Made by a program: the position numbers and the translations under genes | The notes under the pieces: model-generated | Database searches by the model: none | What the model saw: the letters and a program-made list of their open reading frames with translations, nothing else | What the model was told of the DNA's origin: nothing | Shown here: positions 27,931 through 38,115 of the stretch, piece by piece | Layout of the letters: every line of letters begins with the position of its first letter | How positions within the stretch are numbered: position 1 is the first letter of the stretch | Assembly (NCBI GenBank): GCA_041659685.1 | Contig: JBAZXV010000002.1 | Span: 120,195 to 184,194, forward strand | Direction of reading: 5' to 3' | Origin: Parcubacteria group bacterium | GTDB taxonomy: Bacteria > Patescibacteriota > Minisyncoccia > Moranbacterales > UBA11712 | Length of the DNA stretch: 64,000 nt

Positions 27931-29100
27931 TTGCGAATGGTTACAGTCTTAATCTTTATCATAATTCTTGGCCTCCTTGTTTTTGTCCATGAATTCGGCC
28001 ATTTTATCGTGGCGCGAAGAAATGGTGTCGGAGCGGAAGAATTTGGATTTGGTTTTCCGCCAAGGATTTTGGGCATCTATAAAAACAGGGACGGCCGGTG
28101 GAAAATCGCCTGGGGATCGAAAGAAGTGAAGTCTGATGATACAATTTATTCAATAAATTGGGTGCCGCTCGGAGGATTTGTGAAAATAACGGGGGAGGAC
28201 GGAGAGGAGAAGGCTAATCCCCGAAGCTTTGCCGGGAAAAAACCTTTCGCTCGCGTAAGAATTTTGGCGGCAGGAGTCATTATGAACCTGATTCTGGCTG
28301 TCGCGCTTTTTTCATTCAGTTTTTACCTGGGGGTTCCGCAAATCGCCGACGAAGTGACGAACGGGAAGACAGGCGCCGAAAAAATACAGATTTCCGATAT
28401 CGGAAAAGGAACTCCTGCAGAAACAATGGGACTTCGGATGGGAGATCAGATATTGGGTGCGATTGACAGCGGTGGAAATTCAGTAAGCTTTTCCAATGTG
28501 GATCAGATTCAGCAATATGTGGCAGAAAATAAAGGTTCGCAAATCACTCTCGATCTGAAGCGGGGGAATGAAGAATTGAAGCTTTCTGGCGTTCCGAGGG
28601 CGGAATCCCCTCAGGGAGAAGGACCGCTTGGCATCGGCCTTGTTGAGACTGTGGATGTAAGCTATCCGTGGTATCAAGCGATTGTCGAGGGGTTCAAATA
28701 CACCTTCAATCTGATTATAGTTTTTATTTCATTTTTGGGAGGATTGATATGGCGGCTTGTTGCCGGCCAGCCGGCGGGACTTGATTCGGTTTCCGGTCCA
28801 GTGGGAATTGCAGTCCTGACCGGACAAGTAGCCAAGCTCGGCCTCAATTATTTGGTCCGCTTTGCCGGGATGCTTTCAGTTAATTTGGCGATCATTAACG
28901 CTCTTCCCATTCCTGCGCTGGACGGGGGGAGGATCCTCTTCATACTTATCGAAAAAATAAAGGGATCGCCGGTCAGCCAACGCATTGAGCAACGGGCGCA
29001 CAGTGTCGGTTTTGCTCTTCTCATCAGTCTCATGGTATTTGTGACGTTCCGGGATGTAATGAGATTTGATATCGTGGAGAAGGTTAGAAATTTGTTTTGA
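27931..29100 (+). CDS. rseP: Site-2 protease RseP (M50 zinc metalloprotease with PDZ)
   Basis: HEFGH zinc motif (FVHEFGHFIVAR), a central PDZ-like region, and C-terminal LDGG (ALDGGRILF). Confidence 0.85.
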   Translation: MRMVTVLIFIIILGLLVFVHEFGHFIVARRNGVGAEEFGFGFPPRILGIYKNRDGRWKIAWGSKEVKSDDTIYSINWVPLGGFVKITGEDGEEKANPRSFAGKKPFARVRILAAGVIMNLILAVALFSFSFYLGVPQIADEVTNGKTGAEKIQISDIGKGTPAETMGLRMGDQILGAIDSGGNSVSFSNVDQIQQYVAENKGSQITLDLKRGNEELKLSGVPRAESPQGEGPLGIGLVETVDVSYPWYQAIVEGFKYTFNLIIVFISFLGGLIWRLVAGQPAGLDSVSGPVGIAVLTGQVAKLGLNYLVRFAGMLSVNLAIINALPIPALDGGRILFILIEKIKGSPVSQRIEQRAHSVGFALLISLMVFVTFRDVMRFDIVEKVRNLF

Positions 29101-29351
29101 TCCCCGCGTTGAGATTGTTAAGATATCTTAAAGAAGACGACAGGGAAATGTTCGGGCCACGACGCAGAAAAACATCCCGCCAAAAGGGGGAAGCGAGCGC
29201 TTTGACACTCCCTTTTTTATTAGCTAGTATATAGGGACGAGACGAAAAAACTAAAAACTAAAATCGAAAGTCCGAAGATTGCATCTGGGATGCGAGTTTT
29301 TTGCTTTTAAGTTGCAATTTTGCGTTAATATTTTCGATTTTTTATTTCATC

Positions 29352-30404
29352 ATGCTAAGTAATTTTTTCGGTAGATTTTCCAAGGATATAGGCATCGATC
29401 TGGGGACGGCCAATACTTTGGTATATGTGAGGGGAAGAGGAATCGTGATTAACGAACCTTCGGTGGTGGCGATCAACAAAAAGACCGGCCAGATTTTGGC
29501 TATCGGAAGCGAAGCCAAAAAAATGGTCGGGAAAACCCCGTCGCATATCGTTGCGACCCGCCCGCTTGTTGACGGCGTTATCAGCGATTTTGAAGTGACG
29601 GAGCAGATGCTTCGCTATTTCATCGATAAGGTTCACAGCGAAAGCTTTACTCTCCTTCCGAGGCCGCAAGTGGTAATCGGGATCCCTTCCGGAGTGACGG
29701 AGGTTGAAAAAAGAGCAGTAGTTGATGCGGCAGTGAGCGCCGGAGCGCGAAAAGCATATCTCGTCGACGAACCGATGGCGGCGGCAATCGGAGCCCGTCT
29801 TTCGGTCCAAGAAGCATCCGGAAATATGATCGTCGATATCGGAGGCGGTACAACGGAAATTGCGGTTATATCGCTCGGGGGCGTTGTTGTCTGCCGGAGC
29901 CTTCGGATTGCGGGGGACGAAATGAATGAGGACATTATCCGTTATTCGCGTGACCAGTTTAATCTGCTTCTTGGGGAAAAAACGGCCGAGGATATAAAAA
30001 TTGCAATTGGCAGCGCCTACGAGCTAGACGAGGTTCTTGAAATGCCCATGCGCGGCAGGGATCTTGTTACGGGCCTCCCAAAAGAAGTGATCGTAAATGA
30101 CACTCAGGTCAGAGAAGCCATTTTTCGTTCGATAAAGGTAATCGTCAACAGCATCAAGGCAACCATAGAAGAAACGCCGCCGGAGCTTATTTCCGACATT
30201 ATGCAGAGAGGGATTATTCTGGCCGGGGGAGGAAGTCTCATTCGGGGTCTTGACCGTCTTATTGCTGAACAGACGGATATGCCGGTCAGGGTCATGGATG
30301 ACCCTCTGACAGCCGTAGCCCGCGGAACCGGAATAATACTGGAGCATCTTGATGAGCTTAAAGGCGTCCTGGCGGAAACGCAATACGACAAAGTCAGATT
30401 TTGA
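29352..30404 (+). CDS. mreB: Rod shape-determining protein MreB (paralog 2, in mreBCD-pbp2 cluster)
   Basis: IGIDLGTANTLVYV and DIGGGTTEIAVIS motifs. The internal Met at 29352 is preferred over the 29301 start. Confidence 0.85.
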   Translation: MLSNFFGRFSKDIGIDLGTANTLVYVRGRGIVINEPSVVAINKKTGQILAIGSEAKKMVGKTPSHIVATRPLVDGVISDFEVTEQMLRYFIDKVHSESFTLLPRPQVVIGIPSGVTEVEKRAVVDAAVSAGARKAYLVDEPMAAAIGARLSVQEASGNMIVDIGGGTTEIAVISLGGVVVCRSLRIAGDEMNEDIIRYSRDQFNLLLGEKTAEDIKIAIGSAYELDEVLEMPMRGRDLVTGLPKEVIVNDTQVREAIFRSIKVIVNSIKATIEETPPELISDIMQRGIILAGGGSLIRGLDRLIAEQTDMPVRVMDDPLTAVARGTGIILEHLDELKGVLAETQYDKVRF

Positions 30405-30427
30405 ATCGAAAATGCAAAAGAATTTAA

Positions 30428-31231
30428 ATGAAATTTTTTTCCAAAAAAAATAAGAAATTTCTCTGGGCGGTTATTTTTCTGATAATCGTTGTGTTTATCT
30501 TCTCCCGCGGAGGAAACAATCCGGTTAAGGGTTCCGTTTTATACCTGACAAGTCCGTTTCTGAAGACTTTCCGCGTATTTTCAGGAGGAACGGAGGGGTT
30601 TTTCCATTTTTTGGGATCTATCGGAGACTTGAAATCAGAAAATGAGAAAATACTTGAAGAGAACAAAGCGCTTTTGGCCAAAAACGCTCTTCTTAAGGAC
30701 ATTGAAGGCGAGAATAAGCTTCTCCGGGAGCAAATGGAGCTCCTGCCCCGAAAAGAATATGAGCTTGAATCAAGCTTTGTGATTGCGCAGGATCCGTTGG
30801 GGATGGGAAACTATCTTTTCATCGACAAAGGGGAAAACAGCGGGATTAAGGCCGGAATGCCCGTTATTGTGTCAAAAGGAATCCTGGCGGGGAAAATAAC
30901 GGAAGTTTATCCAAACAGCGCGAAGGTGGTTCTGGTCAATGAAAAAAGCAGCGCCATAAATTCTGAAATCGAAGAAAGCGGAGCGAAGGGAATTGTGAAA
31001 GGAGCTTACGGATTAGGGCTTATGATGGATATGATATCCCAGTCGGAAATGGTAAAGGAGGGCGATGCCGTCATCACATCGGGTCTCGGAGGGGATATGC
31101 CCAGAGGTCTCTATATAGGAAAAATAAAGGAAGTCGGACAATCGGCCGATAAGCTTTTTCAGCAATCTACCATTATTTCTCCCGTCGATTTTTCATCTTT
31201 GCGGGTTGTGTCAGTCATAAAAAAGTATTAA
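30428..31231 (+). CDS. mreC: Rod shape-determining protein MreC
   Basis: N-terminal TM, a coiled-coil segment (ENEKILEENKALLAKNALLKD), and a C-terminal beta domain. It lies immediately downstream of mreB. Confidence 0.75.
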   Translation: MKFFSKKNKKFLWAVIFLIIVVFIFSRGGNNPVKGSVLYLTSPFLKTFRVFSGGTEGFFHFLGSIGDLKSENEKILEENKALLAKNALLKDIEGENKLLREQMELLPRKEYELESSFVIAQDPLGMGNYLFIDKGENSGIKAGMPVIVSKGILAGKITEVYPNSAKVVLVNEKSSAINSEIEESGAKGIVKGAYGLGLMMDMISQSEMVKEGDAVITSGLGGDMPRGLYIGKIKEVGQSADKLFQQSTIISPVDFSSLRVVSVIKKY

Positions 31232-31284
31232 TTCATTCCGGAAAAATCTTTAAAAGTGTTAAATTATTTTTTCGGGATTAAATT

Positions 31285-31827
31285 ATGAGAAATTTTTTCT
31301 TTGTGATATTTTGCGCAGCAGTCGTTTTTCTCCAGGTGTCATCGGCTGGTGTGATCTTTGGATCCGAAAGGGTTCCTAACTTTGCTTTGGCGCTGGTGAT
31401 CAGTCTCGTTCTGGTTTTGGGATTTGAGAAATCACTGGCATGGATCATCCTGACCGGAATCCTGGTTGATGTCTATTCAGGATGGATCATCGGTATGGAT
31501 GCTCTTGTCATGATTATCATTGCCTGGGTGGTAAGCGCTCTTTTGTCGGTAGCTGACATTAAATCAAGGAAATCTCTGTTCTTTCCGGCGCTTTTTCTTC
31601 TCTCGGCCGGATTTGCCCTGATTTATGATATTTTGGCCGGAATTTTTATGCATGTCGCCATTTTGTGGTTAAATATCGGCGGATCGTATTTCCGGGTGAA
31701 TTATTCCGGCTGGGACTACACTTTTAAAATATTTTTCACCGCTTTGTCTGTTTACGCGGTTTATTATTTTGTGGAAAGAATCAACAGGTTGTTCTCGAGG
31801 CCTGCGCCGGCTTTTGTGAGAAAATAG
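31285..31827 (+). CDS. mreD: Rod shape-determining protein MreD (polytopic membrane protein)
   Basis: 180 aa with about 5 TM helices. Its position between mreC and pbp2 supports the call. Confidence 0.55.
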   Translation: MRNFFFVIFCAAVVFLQVSSAGVIFGSERVPNFALALVISLVLVLGFEKSLAWIILTGILVDVYSGWIIGMDALVMIIIAWVVSALLSVADIKSRKSLFFPALFLLSAGFALIYDILAGIFMHVAILWLNIGGSYFRVNYSGWDYTFKIFFTALSVYAVYYFVERINRLFSRPAPAFVRK

Positions 31828-31831
31828 CATA

Positions 31832-33745
31832 ATGTTACAAGACATGTTCAATAAATATTTTCTAAAAAAAAGAAAGCGGCGGAGCTTGGAAATTGAAGAA
31901 GTTTCGCATTCGAATTCAAGCGTGGATCCCCAAGAAGCTCCGTCAATAGGAAAACCAATTTCAGAAGAAGGCCTGAGACTTCTGAAGTTTTTAGTTTTTT
32001 TTGTTTTTGTTTTTCTGGCCGGCCGGGTCTTTTTCCTTCAGGTTGTGAAAGGGGATTATTACACGGAGATGTCAAAAGAAAATCGCACGCGATATGTTCT
32101 CATTAATGCGCCCAGAGGAATTGTTTATGACCGTAACGGAAAAAAACTGGTGCGGAACATCCCGAGTTTCGATGCGGTTGCCATTCCGGCTGATCTCCCA
32201 AAAGACGCATCAGAAAGGGCAAAGGAAGAAAGAGAGATAGCATCATTTCTCGGTATGAATGACCAGGGCGTAAGTGTGATTGTGGAATCGCAGGATCTCA
32301 ATTCCTTTAATCCCATCTTAATAAAAGAAAACGTCTCCGAAGAAGAGGCTTTGATATTTTCGGAACGAAAATCCCATCTTTCGGGATTCATGCTTGATCA
32401 GACGGCCGTCCGTTATTATGAAGACGGAAATTATTTTTCTTCAATTATGGGGTACAGCGGAAAAATAACAAAAGAAGAGCTCGAAAAAAATCCCGATTAC
32501 TATATGACCGATTACGTCGGAAAAACCGGCCTTGAAGCGAGCTACGAAAAGTATTTGCGGGGAGTGTCCGGAAAGCAGAAAGTGGAAGTTGATTCTTCGG
32601 GGAACATTAAAAAAAATCTGGGAGTTGATTCCCCGGTGAACGGCGACGATCTGCATCTTACTCTTGACGCGGATCTTCAGAAGAAAATTCAGGACAGCCT
32701 GCAAAACATGCTGTCAACGACAGGAACGAAAACGGCTGCGGCGGTTGCCATTGATCCGCGGGACGGCGGGATTTTAGCAACTGTCAATCTTCCCAGCTAT
32801 GACAATAATCTTTTTGCTAAAGGGATTTCCCAGGAAGATTATCAGAAACTGATTACCGATGAAGACAAACCGATGTTTAACCGGTCGATTTCCGGGGAAT
32901 ACGCGCCAGGTTCCACTTTTAAGCCTCTGGTGGCCGCGGCTGCCCTTCAGGAAGGAACTATCAACGCGGGTACGACCCTGAACTGCCCGGGGGAAATTAA
33001 TATCGGGAGTTATCGGTTCCCGGACTGGAAAACTCACGGAGCAATGGATATCAGAAATGCCATTGCCGAGAGCTGTGACGTCTTTTTCTATGCGGTAGGC
33101 GGGGGATGGGGCGACATTCCCGCCCTTGGCATCGATCGAATAAAAAAATATGCCGACCTTTTTGGTTTCGGCAGTCCTTTGGGCATTGATATTCCGGGAG
33201 AGGCGAGCGGCCTTATTCCCAATCAGGAATGGAAACAGAACAGGTTTAATGAAAAATGGTACGTGGGGGACGACTATCATTGTTCCATCGGGCAGGGATT
33301 CGATACGGCGACGCCGCTTCAGCTTGCGGATATGACTGCGACGGTAGCCAATGGAGGAAAAGTATATCAGCCGCACGTGGTCGGCGGGATCGTGAAACCT
33401 GACGGATCGGAGGAAAAGATTGGATCAAAAATCATAAACCAAAATTTCATTTCGCCTTCCAATATGAATGTCGTAAGAGAGGGTATGAGAATGACGGTTT
33501 CGTCGGAACACGGATCGGCAATGCAGCTCAATGACCTCAAAGTGGCGGTGGCCGGAAAAACAGGAACGGCTCAATTTGGAGGAGAAGGAAAGACTCACGG
33601 ATGGTTTATATCTTTCGCGCCTTACGATAATCCGGAAATCGCCATGGCAGTCCTTGTGGAAGGCGGCGGAGAAGGCCACTCTACGGCCGTGCCGGTGACA
33701 AAAGAAGTTTATAAATGGTATTTTGAAGAGAGGAATAAACAATAA
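31832..33745 (+). CDS. mrdA: Penicillin-binding protein 2 (class B transpeptidase)
   Basis: N-terminal TM, a PBP dimerisation domain, and transpeptidase motifs SxxK (PGSTFKP), SxN (SCDVFF region), KTG (AGKTGTAQ). Confidence 0.85.
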   Translation: MLQDMFNKYFLKKRKRRSLEIEEVSHSNSSVDPQEAPSIGKPISEEGLRLLKFLVFFVFVFLAGRVFFLQVVKGDYYTEMSKENRTRYVLINAPRGIVYDRNGKKLVRNIPSFDAVAIPADLPKDASERAKEEREIASFLGMNDQGVSVIVESQDLNSFNPILIKENVSEEEALIFSERKSHLSGFMLDQTAVRYYEDGNYFSSIMGYSGKITKEELEKNPDYYMTDYVGKTGLEASYEKYLRGVSGKQKVEVDSSGNIKKNLGVDSPVNGDDLHLTLDADLQKKIQDSLQNMLSTTGTKTAAAVAIDPRDGGILATVNLPSYDNNLFAKGISQEDYQKLITDEDKPMFNRSISGEYAPGSTFKPLVAAAALQEGTINAGTTLNCPGEINIGSYRFPDWKTHGAMDIRNAIAESCDVFFYAVGGGWGDIPALGIDRIKKYADLFGFGSPLGIDIPGEASGLIPNQEWKQNRFNEKWYVGDDYHCSIGQGFDTATPLQLADMTATVANGGKVYQPHVVGGIVKPDGSEEKIGSKIINQNFISPSNMNVVREGMRMTVSSEHGSAMQLNDLKVAVAGKTGTAQFGGEGKTHGWFISFAPYDNPEIAMAVLVEGGGEGHSTAVPVTKEVYKWYFEERNKQ

Positions 33746-33872
33746 ATCGGGCGCAAAAATCGCTTGCTAATGACTAGTCTTGACATTATATTAGTATCCG
33801 ATATAATTGGAGCTGTCCAATATAACGCGTCTGGTGCTCATTAAAGAGTGCTTTTATATTCATTTCAAAAAT

Positions 33873-34358
33873 ATGATAAAACTATTAACTGCGGAGGGGC
33901 TAAAAAAATTGAAAGACGAACTCGAAATGCGAAAGAAGGAAATGAGGCAGAAAATCGCCCTCATTATTAAGGAAGCCAAGGAACAGGGCGACCTTTCGGA
34001 AAATGCCGAATATACGGAAGCGAAGAGACAGCAGGCTGACAATGAGCGCCGGATTTTAGAGCTCGAAAACCAAATTCGAACTTCGGAAGTCGCCAGTTTC
34101 GTCAAGGGCTCCCAGACCGTCCAAATGGGCTCAAAAGTCACCGTAAAATTCTCCGCCAAAGACGGATCCGCCTCTGGAGGAAATGGCAATGAACAAGTTT
34201 TTGATATTGTCGGATCAAATGAAGCTGATCCGTTAAACGGGAAAATATCCAACGAATCGCCGATCGGCAAAGCTTTGATGGGAAAAAAAGCCAGTGAGAA
34301 AATAATGGTCCAGACTCCGAGCGGAGAGAAAGAATATAAAATTCTGGAAGTTAAGTAA
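33873..34358 (+). CDS. greA: Transcription elongation factor GreA
   Basis: MIKLLTAEGLKKLKDELE...GDLSENAEYTEAKRQQ coiled-coil plus a C-terminal FKBP-like domain. The start at 33873 is preferred, since the 33807 start adds 22 non-conserved residues. Confidence 0.85.
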   Translation: MIKLLTAEGLKKLKDELEMRKKEMRQKIALIIKEAKEQGDLSENAEYTEAKRQQADNERRILELENQIRTSEVASFVKGSQTVQMGSKVTVKFSAKDGSASGGNGNEQVFDIVGSNEADPLNGKISNESPIGKALMGKKASEKIMVQTPSGEKEYKILEVK

Positions 34359-34410
34359 TAGTTCCATTTCTTCACTGACGAATTAACTAGTCGTTTTTGA
34401 CAATTTTGAA

Positions 34411-34445
34411 ACAAGCCCGGGTTTAATCCCAGGCTTGTTTTTTTA
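34411..34445 (+). terminator. Intrinsic terminator after greA
   Basis: ACAAGCC-CGGGTTTAATCCCA-GGCTTGT stem-loop followed by TTTTTTT. Confidence 0.6.
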
Positions 34446-34501
34446 TGGAAAAACGGGTAATATTATGAAATCAAGCATCATATAATCGATTTAATAACCC
34501 T

Positions 34502-36088
34502 ATGTTTTGGGCGGATAAGCTAGTCAGTCAAATCAAAAATGAATATGCGGGAAAAATCGAAAGCGGCCAGCCGCTTATTATTCGCGACGAAAAAACGGCT
34601 TCCGGGCGGGTGCACGTCGGGTCTTTGCGCGGCGTGGCGATTCACGGCATAATTTCCGAAACACTGACGGAAATCGGCATAAAAAACAAATATCTTTATG
34701 AAATAAACGACTTCGATCACATGGACGGCTTGCCGTCATATTTAGACAAAAAGAAATTTGAGCCATATCTCGGAATGCTGCTTTGCAACGTTCCCAGTCC
34801 GGACGGAAAAGCGAAAAATTATGCCGAATACTTCGGAGAAGAATATGTCGAGGTTATCCAGGAATTGGGCTTCGAACCGGAATTCTACCGTTCGAGCGAC
34901 TTATATAAAAAAGGAAAATATAACGAGGTTATTAAGATCGCCATTGAAAATGCTGATAAAATCCGCGAAATATACAAAAAAATTTCCGGTTCGCAAAAAC
35001 AAGATCAGTGGCTGCCAATTCAAATGATCTGCGAAAAATGCGGAAAGATTAGTACGACCCGGGCCTTGAGCTTTGACGGAGAAAAAGTGGAATATGAATG
35101 CGCCCCCGATGCAGTTGTGTGGACCCGGGGATGCGGACACAAGGGGAAAAATTCGCCTTTCGATGGAAATGCCAAGCTTCCTTGGAAAGTGGAATGGGCG
35201 GCCAAATTCAAAGTTCTCGGAGTAGACATTGAAGGGGCGGGAAAGGATCATTCCACCAAAGGCGGTTCGCGCAATATCGCGGAAGCGATTTGTCGAGAAG
35301 TTTTTGGTTGCGCTGTGCCTTTTGATATTCCCTATGAATTTTTCAACGTGAGCGGAAAGAAAATGTCGTCTTCGAAAGGCGCCGGATCATCTTCGCGGGA
35401 AATCGCCGATACGCTTCCTCCCGAACTCTTGAGGCTGCTTCTTCTCGGAAAGGATCCAAAAAGGGTGATAGACTTCATTCCGGATGGAGACACCATCCCG
35501 GTTCTTTATGATTTGTATGACAAAATGGCCGAAGCGTATTTTGCGGGAGATAACAGCGACTATTCCAGGATTTTTAAACTTATTCATAAAAATCGAGAGG
35601 AGAAGATGAAAAAAAGATTTTTGCCGAGATTTTCACAGGTGGCATTTGTGGCGCAGATGCCGCATATGGACAACTTCGAAGCGGTGGAAAAAATGAAAGG
35701 GGCCTCACTTACAGAAGAGGATAAAGAAGAAGTTGATTACCGCGCGGGATATGCGAAGAAGTGGCTTGAAAAATATGCTCCTGAGGATTATAAATATGAC
35801 CTTCAGGAAAACGAAATTCCGGATGCGGCCAAGGATTTTTCTGACCGGCAAAAAGAAGGTCTCAAGAAAATTTTGGAATATGTAAAGTCCCAGGACAATC
35901 TTGACGGACAGCTCCTTCACACCAAGGTGCACGATATAAAAAAAGAAATAGGGATCGAACCAAAAGAGCTTTTTTCCGCGATTTATATCAGTTTTCTTGG
36001 CAAGGACCGCGGTCCGAAAGTCGGCTGGTTTCTGAGCGTCCTCGACCGCGATTTTCTGGAAAAAAGGCTTGAGGATGTGATAAGATAG
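34502..36088 (+). CDS. lysS: Lysyl-tRNA synthetase, class I (archaeal-type)
   Basis: HIGH-equivalent HVGSLRG and a KMSKS-equivalent KMSSSKG. 528 aa with zinc-binding Cys pairs (CEKCGK...CAPD...CGHKG). This matches class-I LysRS, not the class-II enzyme usual in bacteria. Confidence 0.8.
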   Translation: MFWADKLVSQIKNEYAGKIESGQPLIIRDEKTASGRVHVGSLRGVAIHGIISETLTEIGIKNKYLYEINDFDHMDGLPSYLDKKKFEPYLGMLLCNVPSPDGKAKNYAEYFGEEYVEVIQELGFEPEFYRSSDLYKKGKYNEVIKIAIENADKIREIYKKISGSQKQDQWLPIQMICEKCGKISTTRALSFDGEKVEYECAPDAVVWTRGCGHKGKNSPFDGNAKLPWKVEWAAKFKVLGVDIEGAGKDHSTKGGSRNIAEAICREVFGCAVPFDIPYEFFNVSGKKMSSSKGAGSSSREIADTLPPELLRLLLLGKDPKRVIDFIPDGDTIPVLYDLYDKMAEAYFAGDNSDYSRIFKLIHKNREEKMKKRFLPRFSQVAFVAQMPHMDNFEAVEKMKGASLTEEDKEEVDYRAGYAKKWLEKYAPEDYKYDLQENEIPDAAKDFSDRQKEGLKKILEYVKSQDNLDGQLLHTKVHDIKKEIGIEPKELFSAIYISFLGKDRGPKVGWFLSVLDRDFLEKRLEDVIR

Positions 36089-36106
36089 ACTATTAATCTT
36101 AAATAT

Positions 36107-37390
36107 ATGCTTGATATTAAATACATCCGGGAAAATAAAGATGCCGTAAAGAAAAATTGCGAGCTTCGCAATATCGCTTGCGATGTGGATAGGATTTTGG
36201 AATTGGATGGAGAAAGAAAAGATCTAATTGAGAAAATTGAAGGATTTAGAAAAGGAAAAAATGAAATAAATGAGCAGATGAAAAATATCGCAAATATCAG
36301 TGCCGAAGAAAAAAAAGAAATCCTGATGAGAGCAAGCGCAATAAAGTTAAACCTTGAACAATTAGAACCGAAATTTGAAGAAATAAATAAGCAATTTCAG
36401 GAGCTTATTTTAGGCATTCCGAATATGACGCATCCCGATTCGCCGATTGGGAAAGACGACGGCGAAAACAAGGAGATTGAAAGATATGGCGAACCGCCGA
36501 AGTTAGATTTTGTGCCAAAGGGGCATGAAGAGCTGATGAACGATTTGGATCTTATTGATTTCGAACGCGGTGCAAAAGTAGCCGGCGCGAAATTTTATTT
36601 TCTCAAAAACGAAGCGGTGCTTTTGGAACAAGCGCTCATCAACTTTGCTTTTCAGAAGCTGATTAAAAAAGGTTTTATTCTGTTTTCTACGCCTGATATA
36701 GCCAAGGATAAGGTGCTTTTTGGCACAGGCTATAATCCCCGCGGTCCGGAACAGCAAATATACTCCATTGAAAATACGGATTTAAGCTTGATAGCCACCT
36801 CCGAAATTCCTATGGGCGGTTATCACATGAATGAAGTTATTGAAGAAAAAGATCTGCCACTGAAATATGCCGCTATTTCCCATTGTTACCGTGTTGAAGC
36901 CGGATCATATGGAAGGCACAGCGCCGGGCTTTATCGGGTGCATCAGTTTACCAAGGTGGAAATGTTTGTCTATGCCGCTCCGGAATTTTCCGAGGCGATA
37001 CATACGGAACTTAAGAATATAGAAGTGGAAATATTCAAAGACCTAGGCGTGCCGTTTCGCGTGGTGGATATATGCACGGGGGATCTTGGCGGCCCGGCAT
37101 GCCGGAAATATGATCTTGAGGCCTGGATGACAAGCCGCAATGATTGGGGAGAAGTGACGTCGACATCTGATACGACCGATTATCAAGCCCGCAGACTTAA
37201 TATTAAAATTAAACGAGAGAACGGAAAAAAGGAATTTTTACACATGCTCAACGGCACAGCAATCGCTATTTCTCGCGCGCTGATTGCCATCATCGAAAAT
37301 GGACAACTTGTCGACGGTTCAGTCATGATTCCGGAAGTTCTCCAGAAATACATGCCAGGCGGACAAAAAGCCATCAAACCCAAAAAATGA
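36107..37390 (+). CDS. serS: Seryl-tRNA synthetase
   Basis: N-terminal coiled-coil arm (MLDIKYIRENKDAVKKN) and class II motifs. 427 aa. Confidence 0.9.
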   Translation: MLDIKYIRENKDAVKKNCELRNIACDVDRILELDGERKDLIEKIEGFRKGKNEINEQMKNIANISAEEKKEILMRASAIKLNLEQLEPKFEEINKQFQELILGIPNMTHPDSPIGKDDGENKEIERYGEPPKLDFVPKGHEELMNDLDLIDFERGAKVAGAKFYFLKNEAVLLEQALINFAFQKLIKKGFILFSTPDIAKDKVLFGTGYNPRGPEQQIYSIENTDLSLIATSEIPMGGYHMNEVIEEKDLPLKYAAISHCYRVEAGSYGRHSAGLYRVHQFTKVEMFVYAAPEFSEAIHTELKNIEVEIFKDLGVPFRVVDICTGDLGGPACRKYDLEAWMTSRNDWGEVTSTSDTTDYQARRLNIKIKRENGKKEFLHMLNGTAIAISRALIAIIENGQLVDGSVMIPEVLQKYMPGGQKAIKPKK

Positions 37391-38115
37391 TTCCTAAAGC
37401 TCGGCTTTAGGAATAAAAAAATGAGGAAAATACAATTTGCCAATGGTGAATATTACCACATCTTTAATAGAGGTGTGGACAAAAGAAAGATATTCTTGGA
37501 AGAAAGGGATTATCAGAGGTTTTTGTTTTCGCTGAATTTACTCAATGACGATGAAGATGGCTTATTGTTGAAATGGCGCGATTACATGAAGTGCAAAGAA
37601 AAATCTTCAAAACCATTCCTAAAGCTCGGCTTTAGGAATAGAAAGTTCCTAGTTGACATTATAGTTTATTGCCTTAATCCGAATCACTATCATTTATTGG
37701 TAAAGCAGAGAATTGAGAAGGGTGTAGAAAGATTTATGCATAAACTTGGGACGAGCTACACAAAATATTTCAATGAAAAATATAAAAGATCGGGAGTTTT
37801 ATTTCAGGGAAAATTCAAAGCGGTTCACATAAAAAATAACGCAAAACTCCTTTATTTATCGGCCTATATTAATCAAAACAGCCAAATCCACGGAATTGCC
37901 AAATCTGATAAATATCCCTGGAGCAGCTACTCGCAATATTCGGCAAATAAAAAATTTTGTTTATGCAGAACGCATGTTATAGTAAGCCAATTCAGAAACG
38001 CGAAGGAGTATAAGGAATTTTGCAAAGAAAATTTGAAAGAAATGATTGAAAGAAAACAGGATGAAAAACTACTCATGGAAGAGTAATTTGCATTCCTAAA
38101 GCCGAGCTTTGGGAA
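37391..38115 (+). mobile_element. IS200/IS605-like Y1 transposase (RAYT) unit flanked by inverted REP-like palindromes
   Basis: REP1 ttcctaaagctcggctttaggaa at 37391-37413. REP3 ttcctaaagccgagctttgggaa at 38093-38115 is the reverse complement of REP1 with one mismatch. An identical REP2 copy lies at 37616-37638 inside the transposase ORF. Confidence 0.7.
37421..38086 (+). CDS. REP-associated tyrosine transposase (IS200-like Y1_Tnp)
   Basis: YHIFNRG N-terminal motif. HUH motif NHYHLLV. A C-terminal SAYINQN region with Tyr. An extended loop between the motifs contains an in-frame REP copy (..KPFLKLGFRNRKF..). Confidence 0.75.
   Translation: MRKIQFANGEYYHIFNRGVDKRKIFLEERDYQRFLFSLNLLNDDEDGLLLKWRDYMKCKEKSSKPFLKLGFRNRKFLVDIIVYCLNPNHYHLLVKQRIEKGVERFMHKLGTSYTKYFNEKYKRSGVLFQGKFKAVHIKNNAKLLYLSAYINQNSQIHGIAKSDKYPWSSYSQYSANKKFCLCRTHVIVSQFRNAKEYKEFCKENLKEMIERKQDEKLLMEE

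Noticed and set aside
32774-33376. 200-aa minus-strand ORF inside pbp2
   Set aside because: It is antisense to the transpeptidase domain, which has SxxK/SxN/KTG motifs.
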